From the human T2T-CHM13v2.0 reference genome, Homo sapiens: 64,000 nt of DNA. How positions within the stretch are numbered: position 1 is the stretch's first letter; each line of letters starts with the position of its first letter. The translations under genes and the position numbers were made by a program. The notes beneath the pieces were generated by a model. It had not been told where the DNA came from, made no database searches, and saw only the letters and a list, made by a program, of their open reading frames with translations. Below, one piece after another: positions 61,298 through 64,000 of this stretch. The stretch lies in the NCBI RefSeq assembly GCF_009914755.1, contig NC_060928.1. The stretch is one strand, 5' to 3'.

Positions 61298-63749
61298 ATT
61301 GTACCTACTTTTTGCTTAATTTGAAGTTAAACATCTGGCAGGACATTAGCAAAGACAGTTTACTATCACACTTCTTTTTTTTCTTATTTTTAGGAAAAAC
61401 AAAATGAGAAAGGGACCTTATTCTACTATGTAATATAATACATCTAATAAATTTCTAACACCTGACTCAAATAGTGTTTGCCATCCAATGCACTTTTATA
61501 GCCAAAAATGTCTTCAGAAGGTAAATATCTGTGCTTGTGCTTCTGAGAACCCACTTTACATGGCATAAATAATGGTGTTAAAAATATTTTACTTTCACAT
61601 ACAGATTAAGTAGAAGACATGAAAACACATAAGTGCTCAAATGATATTAACTTTCCATTTTAAACTTGAAACATGAAACTGTGTCTTCACTTTTTTACAC
61701 TGGTCAAAACTCTTTTACAAACTGAATTAAGGATATTCTGTGTTGTTTAGGCAACTCTGAAACCAATAATGCTGGCCACACTTAAGTTTAGATAAAATAT
61801 TGGAATATAATTTTTACAGTAATCTTACAACCTTAGAATACTGACTTGGTAATTGAAACACAAGAAATAAAAGATCATGCACATTACAATTTTAAAACAT
61901 AGGAAAATCAAAATCTTTACATCTTTACATAGAAATAGTACATTATGAAAAGAGCAACTGGTTATATTAATAGTATATATGAGCAAATGACAAGATTAGA
62001 AACAAATTATGATAGGTCAAAGTAGTAATTGAGTGACTTCAAGTATCAGTCTGTTGAAAATTACTCCCTGTACCAATTTTTCAAAGTCCAATACTGTGAA
62101 AGACTCATGCCCCTTAAGATATTGCTACTGGCAATTACAATAAGATTATGTATTATTTGCCAAATCTGTTGTATATACTAAAATTGTCATGTCTGTGCTT
62201 TATTTTTGGTAGTCTGGTGGGTGACAAAATGAATCAACAGAATAAGAAATTACACAATCAAGATTTGTTAAACTTTGCCTTGGATTATGGCCTCACTACA
62301 TTTTACTAGAGTTGGCTCCTCTCCTTGTTCCATTTCTCACACTTGCAGATGAGATTGGCATTTTCCAATTGGTGACATATACAATAGGAAACAAATATTT
62401 TAGGAAGGCATTCTTTCCTCTTTTTTAGGGAGAGTACTTGTTGTTTGACAGTCTCTTTATTCATTCTAAAGTCATATTAACCTTCCTTAGAAATTCTCAA
62501 CCAAATTGAGATGCAAAAGAAAACTATGTGGCTATTTAACTTTCCTTTCAATTTACTTTCCAAAATGATCACCAAGATTGCAAAGAAGGCAAATAAATTT
62601 GATCCAAATTAATTTATATTCTTCCTTTGTTAAAAAGAGAAAATCTATATTGCAACTTAAAGTTCTAGTCATTTAGATACACTCCACCCGGACCTCCTAA
62701 TTATCTTTCAGCATATAAAGTTGGAAAACAATGTAGAAAATATCTTTGTTATGTCTAAGCAATTGTGGCAAGTTCATCAGCCCTAAAGCATATGGTAATT
62801 TTCCTTTTGAATCAATAAGGCTTTCATTCTGAAGTTTCTCAATTGTTACTTTATCACTTAGATTGGAATATTTCTATAAAATTCAATAAAGTGCCACATA
62901 ATCATCATTTATTTTGTACAAAAGTAATTTGTTTCATTAATTTCTGTTTATTGAAATGAACAAATGCATCTTTAATAATGGTGATGCTTTTTTATGATTT
63001 TATCAAGAAAATATTAAATTCACATCTCTGGAAATTTTACTAAACTAATAGATTATATGTTTGCAGCACAGTTTGTGTGGACCCATGGTATATAGCCCTT
63101 ATTATTATGAGAACTGAATGTATTATTTGAAAACTGTTTAGATTTTTGTTGTGGTTATTTTGATGTTTCCTGGTTCTTTAGAAAAGAGGTACTTTACTGC
63201 TTAAGTAAAGGGTGGGCAGAATAGGAAGTAGTTATTTCCCAAAAGTTTATTCTTATATGTGCTAATATTCAAATAAAACAAGTGCTTGGAAAAAAGAATA
63301 CCATTAATATAACGTGGCTATATTTCTGATAAATTTCATTAATCCAGGCTTCTCTGATCTACTGTACTATTAACATTGATAATCATGAGTAGGCTGTATT
63401 TTATTTAAATGCTCTGATTTTGACTAATCACATGACATTCCATAATTTTTATAAAGTGTAATAATACAAAAATGTTGGTTATCTCAGGAGCTCAGTTTTG
63501 GACAATTTCCAATACACTGCATAATTTGTATCACAAATATAAGTCTTCATCATGTGTGGTATATAGAGCATACATAGAAGATATGTTATATTCCTTAATA
63601 AGCCTAATTACATAATACCTTGGATTGGTTCAATAAAATAAACTCAAAGCCATGTAACTGAATACAAACTGAAATTAACAAATGAATAAACATCCATTAA
63701 AAATAAAACTTATCAATTATTGAAATAAAATTCTGAAGGGAAATAAGCA

Positions 63750-63791
63750 TATATATATATTTGTGTGTGTGTATGTGTATATATATATATT
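63750..63791. repeat. (TA)n/(TG)n compound microsatellite
   Basis: Directly visible. Confidence 0.9.
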
Positions 63792-64000
63792 TGTCATAAT
63801 TCCATTGCTGCCTTAGAGTCAAAATTTCTAGAACTGAGTCAAAATGGGAATGGTTACAACGGATTAACACTTAAGGGTGATGCTTCGTGCTATGTGCCTG
63901 GATTTAACAACATTAACAGAAGCCTGCACAGTTAAATCCTTCTACATCCTGCTGAAAATGTGCCCTTCGGTGTCAACTTTGCTTGACAAGATACTTTTCA

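Larger units (their letters stand above)
60490..64000 (-). other. Putative terminal exon / long 3' UTR of an unidentified minus-strand gene
   Basis: No recognisable interspersed repeats. Minus-strand AATAAA signals with upstream TGTA and downstream GT/T-rich sequence. Inference from composition only. Confidence 0.45.

Noticed and set aside
63930-64000. Assigning a gene symbol from the edge peptides
   Set aside because: Only 8-18 codons are visible, the frame is ambiguous, and I do not recognise either peptide.

Overview
This is AT-rich, CpG-poor primate (very likely human) genomic DNA. No host protein-coding exon can be supported. Most recognisable sequence is transposable-element debris: a full-length, TSD-flanked L1PA2-type LINE-1 on the minus strand (29176-35194), a 5'-truncated L1PA carrying a nested AluY, eight Alus, two decayed ERV-L proviruses, several solo LTRs (MaLR, MLT2, and an inverted pair of ERV1 LTRs), hAT/Tigger/mariner DNA-transposon remnants, and old L1M, L2 and MIR fragments. 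In the full-length L1, ORF1 is broken by two stops, ORF2 is open for 1158 aa, and the antisense ORF0 is intact. The last ~3.5 kb has no repeats I recognise and reads like the 3' UTR of an unidentified minus-strand gene entering from the right edge. I found no convincing novel biological system. The best leads are the intact ORF0/antisense promoter facing the putative 3' UTR, a tandem duplication with a fold-back templated junction, the inverted LTR pair, and a motif-dense unique block near 53.1 kb. All repeat subfamily names come from my recall of consensus sequences, not from a database search.
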